Assembly: GCA_051747805.1 (NCBI GenBank) | Contig: JBNJGP010000050.1 | Span: forward strand, 1-18,974 | Direction of reading: 5' to 3' | Length of the DNA: 18,974 nucleotides | Source of the DNA: Candidatus Muiribacteriota bacterium | GTDB taxonomy: Bacteria > Muiribacteriota > Muiribacteriia > Muiribacteriales > Muiribacteriaceae | Shown: positions 16,475-18,974 of the stretch, piece by piece | Numbering within the stretch: position 1 is the stretch's first letter | Layout of the letters: the number at the start of each line of letters is the position of its first letter | Notes under the pieces: generated by a model | What the model saw: only the letters and a program-made list of their open reading frames with translations | Databases searched by the model: none | What the model was told of the DNA's origin: nothing | Made by a program: the position numbers and the translations under genes

Positions 16475-17789
16475 ATTACTAATAATTACCGGGATGAGCT
16501 TAATATTTATTTTTTTATCAGGGTTTACTTTAGAGCTGCAAAAACAGCTCGAACTTGAAGAGGCGGCAATAAAAGCAGAAATTGATTCTATTGAAAAAAG
16601 GATAAAAGAACATAAAGAGGAAATACTTCATTCAAGAGAGGTTAAGCCCAGTCTTTTAATTAATGAATATAAAAATCAGCTTTTAAAATTAAATGCAGAA
16701 CTTAGAAAAGAACTGGAAATTTATAGAGAAAAACATCCAAAAATCAAAAAACTTCAGGCTAAAATTAATTACGTTGAAGAAAAAATTAATGAAGAAAGAG
16801 AAAATATAGTTGAAACTAAAGTTTATAAACAAAATCCAGTTTATGCCGAGCTTATTTCAAATAAAAACTCTCTCCAAACACGACTGGAAGGAGTAAAAGC
16901 TCAAATTGAAAAAATAAAACAGGAAAAAATGCAGGAAAAACAGGAAGAACTTCAAAAAGAGGAGGATATTCAAAAAGAGGACCAGAGCAAAAAAGATTTA
17001 ACTCCTGTTAACGAAAGCAAAAAAAGAAAACTATTAGACTATAAAAACCTAATAATTTTAATATTGATATTAATTCTCTTAATTTTAATAAAATATTTAT
17101 GGAGTTATTTTAAAAAAAACAGGGCAAACTCAAATAATGAAAATGAATTACTTGGACAGTTGGAAAATGTAAAAAAAGTGAAAGCTGTTGCCAGTGTTGG
17201 AGAAGACGCATTTATTTTTCACAGACCAGAGCATAATGCAAAAGAAAAACTTGAAAAAATCACTTCTAATATTGAAAACCGGACTAAAACATTTATTATA
17301 AGTTCAATTTTTAGGGGAATGGGAAAATCATTTACTGCTGTAAACCTTGCGTGTTTCTGGGCCTCAAAAGGGAAAAACACGTTATTAATAGATATGAACT
17401 TTGAAAATCCAAAAATTCATAGAACTTTTTTAACCGATAATGAATCGGGGCTGTCTGATATTCTACTTCAGACAGAAGAAAATTCAGCTGTAATCAAGGA
17501 AACTCCTGTAACTAATCTAGACATTATAACAAGCGGACATAATCCTCTTGGGGCAGAGGAAATGCTGGAAAACACTTTGTTTTTAGAGTTTATAAAAGAA
17601 GCTGAGGCTAAATATGAAAGAATAATTATAGACAGTGCTTCCTGCGAAAGTAATGAACATGCTCTTATAGCTGGAAAGTATATACCTGTAACCATGATAA
17701 TATCAGACCTTAAGCAGATTGAGGAAGTTGAGGAAAAATGCGCCTATAGAAACTCAGTATTTCTTGGAGCAATTATAAACAAAAAATAA
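16464..17789 (+). CDS. Degenerate Wzc/GumC-like polysaccharide co-polymerase with a BY-kinase-like (CpsD/CapB) domain
   Basis: Hydrophobic N-terminus, coiled coil with YREKHPKIKKLQAKI (similar to the Wzc/GumC Y-x2-x-HP motif), second TM helix, Walker A GMGKS in IISS...GKSFTAVNLA, LLIDMN, GLSDIL, NLDIITSG, IIIDS, FLGAIINK. Confidence 0.85.
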   Translation: MKIKLLIITGMSLIFIFLSGFTLELQKQLELEEAAIKAEIDSIEKRIKEHKEEILHSREVKPSLLINEYKNQLLKLNAELRKELEIYREKHPKIKKLQAKINYVEEKINEERENIVETKVYKQNPVYAELISNKNSLQTRLEGVKAQIEKIKQEKMQEKQEELQKEEDIQKEDQSKKDLTPVNESKKRKLLDYKNLIILILILILLILIKYLWSYFKKNRANSNNENELLGQLENVKKVKAVASVGEDAFIFHRPEHNAKEKLEKITSNIENRTKTFIISSIFRGMGKSFTAVNLACFWASKGKNTLLIDMNFENPKIHRTFLTDNESGLSDILLQTEENSAVIKETPVTNLDIITSGHNPLGAEEMLENTLFLEFIKEAEAKYERIIIDSASCESNEHALIAGKYIPVTMIISDLKQIEEVEEKCAYRNSVFLGAIINKK

Positions 17790-17807
17790 GTAAAGCCTTA
17801 TAGAGTT

Positions 17808-18368
17808 TTATTTATCTCTTTCAAGATATTTACGGGTTCTAGTATCAACTTTAATAACTTCTCCAGTTTCAATAAACGGAGGAACACCAACTTCAATACC
17901 TGTTTCAAGAGTTGCAGGTTTAAAGGAAGTAGTAACAGTAGCGTTTTTTAAGGCCGGTTCAGTATAGGTAACTTCAAGGGCAACAGAAATTGGAAGTTCT
18001 ATTCCAACAGGTTGACCTTCATGAAATTGAACTTGAATTATCATATTTTCTTTAAGAAAATCAATAGAATCACCAAGAGTTTCTTTTGTGAGCTCAATTT
18101 GTTCATAATTATCAGTATCCATAAAAACAAAGCCGTCGCCAGTTGTATAGAGATATTCCATATCACGTCGGTCAAGAATAACTTTTTCAACTTTTTCATT
18201 TGTTCCGAACCTGTTGTTTATAATTGAACCAGTTTCTACATTTTTTAGTTTTGTCTGAAGCATACTGCTTCCTCTGCCTTGAAAATTAAACTGTGTTTCA
18301 ACAACATAATAGAGGTTATCTTTATATTTAATAAACATTCCTTTTTTTATATCACCGGCATTAATCAT
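17808..18368 (-). CDS. efp: Translation elongation factor P (Arg32, FQGRG loop)
   Basis: 186 aa. KLKNVETG, MEYLY, FVFMDTDNYEQ, KPATLETG, VPPFIETGEVIKVDTRTRKYLER. SD AAGGAG (complement of 18375-18380). Confidence 0.97.
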   Translation of the reverse strand: MINAGDIKKGMFIKYKDNLYYVVETQFNFQGRGSSMLQTKLKNVETGSIINNRFGTNEKVEKVILDRRDMEYLYTTGDGFVFMDTDNYEQIELTKETLGDSIDFLKENMIIQVQFHEGQPVGIELPISVALEVTYTEPALKNATVTTSFKPATLETGIEVGVPPFIETGEVIKVDTRTRKYLERDK

Positions 18369-18398
18369 AAAAAACTCCTTGTTTGAATATTTTTTGAA

Positions 18399-18662
18399 TT
18401 AATTAAGCAAATCAAACACTTTGGAACCCGAAAGCTTAGAAGAGTCAATTAAATCCTGCCCATCTTTTTTTATTGCTTTTGAAAGTTCAAGGGTGTTTTC
18501 TTTTGCTTTTTCAAAAGAATCAATAGTGGTTTTTGAGGAAACCATATTAATTTTTGCTATATCATCTTTTAATTTTTTTTTGTTTTTAAAATCCTCTTTT
18601 TTTATATTATTCTTTTTAACAATATTAAGATAAGAGTCTTTGTTTATTCCATTAACGTTCAT
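18399..18662 (-). CDS. Small protein (87 aa) with a basic low-complexity N-half and a flagellin C-terminal-like C-half
   Basis: Strong SD AAGGAG (complement of 18669-18674) 6 nt before the ATG, an upstream promoter, and 30 bp to efp. C-half NMVSSKTTIDSFEKAK...LSGSKVFDLLN resembles flagellin C-termini. Confidence 0.75.
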   Translation of the reverse strand: MNVNGINKDSYLNIVKKNNIKKEDFKNKKKLKDDIAKINMVSSKTTIDSFEKAKENTLELSKAIKKDGQDLIDSSKLSGSKVFDLLN

Positions 18663-18711
18663 AAGTCGCTCCTTGACTCTGCTTATAAAAGAAATTTAAC
18701 TACTGATTATT

Positions 18712-18741
18712 ATTTTATCATAAATTTTTACTAAAAATCAA
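18712..18741 (-). promoter_or_regulatory. Putative sigma70-type promoter for the 87-aa ORF-efp unit
   Basis: On the - strand: TTGATT (18741-18736), 18-bp spacer, TAAAAT (18717-18712) with an extended -10 TG (18720-18719). Confidence 0.6.
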
Positions 18742-18753
18742 ATAGTATGAACT

Positions 18754-18974
18754 GCAGACAGAAGCCGAGAAGAGCCGTGAGAGGTGAGAAGTGAGAGGTG
18801 AGACGATAGTAGAGGCCGAGAAGAGCCGAGAAGAGCCGTGAGAGGTGAGAAGTGAGAGGTGAGACGATAGTAGAGGCCGAGAAGAGCCGTGAGAGGTGAG
18901 AAGTGAGAGGTGAGACGATAGTAGAGGCCGAGAAGAGCCGTGAGAGGTGAGAAGTGAGAGGTGAGACGATAGTA
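18754..18974 (+). repeat. Near-perfect 51-bp tandem repeat built from 7-bp and 10-bp subunits, cut by the window end
   Basis: Unit GCCGAGAAGA-GCC-GTGAGAG-GTGAGAA-GTGAGAG-GTGAGAC-GATAGTAGAG at 18764-18814 (51 bp), 18815-18875 (61 bp, one extra GCCGAGAAGA), 18876-18926 (51 bp) and 18927-18974 (truncated). A degenerate 10-mer GCAGACAGAA precedes it at 18754-18763. Confidence 0.97.

Noticed and set aside
16920..16986. Short imperfect repeats (CAGGAAAAA, TTCAAAAAGAGGA) in the Wzc-like gene
   Set aside because: They encode a low-complexity Q/E/K linker in frame, with no sign of a separate element.
17787..17810. Bidirectional terminator between the convergent wzc-like gene and efp
   Set aside because: Only a 4-bp A/T-rich stem (TAAG/CTTA) is possible, too weak to call.
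2111..18633. Short antisense or alternate-frame ORFs (2111-2293, 4772-4990, 6098-6475, 8376-8585, 9721-9942, 12176-12382, 12271-12471, 17468-17695, 18012-18227, 18421-18633)
   Set aside because: All lie within well-supported genes, show shadow-ORF composition and have no recognisable motifs.
18754..18974. Possible CRISPR array
   Set aside because: The units are directly tandem with no unique spacers, are not palindromic, and there are no cas genes in the window.
1..18974. Whole window as a mobile element or circular replicon bounded by direct repeats
   Set aside because: No integrase, transposase or replication gene is present, and the cargo is core chromosomal (mfd, uvrD, efp). The repeats are better explained as a dispersed family causing contig breaks.

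Overview
AT-rich (roughly 30% GC by eye) bacterial chromosomal segment, probably a whole contig, because both ends run into the same purine-rich nested repeat family (7-bp GTGAGAR units plus 10-bp GCCGA units). A tightly packed + strand run (304-17789) encodes, in order: a minimal divergent flagellin, a Cof-type HAD hydrolase, an FlgN/FliT-like chaperone, a DUF2723/TMEM260-like GT-C membrane protein with TPRs, Mfd, a large multi-parvulin PPIase, a gamma-carbonic anhydrase family protein, a helical-repeat LysM protein, a UvrD/PcrA helicase lacking its C-terminal domain, a TM-TPR-Mrr-like protein, a short Wza/OPX-like protein and a degenerate Wzc-like protein. Converging on the - strand are an 87-aa ORF and efp. 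The most interesting observations are: (i) the 87-aa protein looks like a stand-alone flagellin C-terminal tail, possibly a FliW/FliS decoy, while the flagellin leader has two CsrA-type GGA hairpins and a sigma70-type promoter; (ii) triple-nested parvulin domains; (iii) an EF-P with an FQGRG loop, alongside loss of normally conserved PP motifs in nearby proteins; (iv) the nested 7/10/51-bp repeats bracketing the window; (v) degenerate enzyme domains (Mrr-like, Wzc kinase). All family calls come from motif recognition by eye, not database searches.
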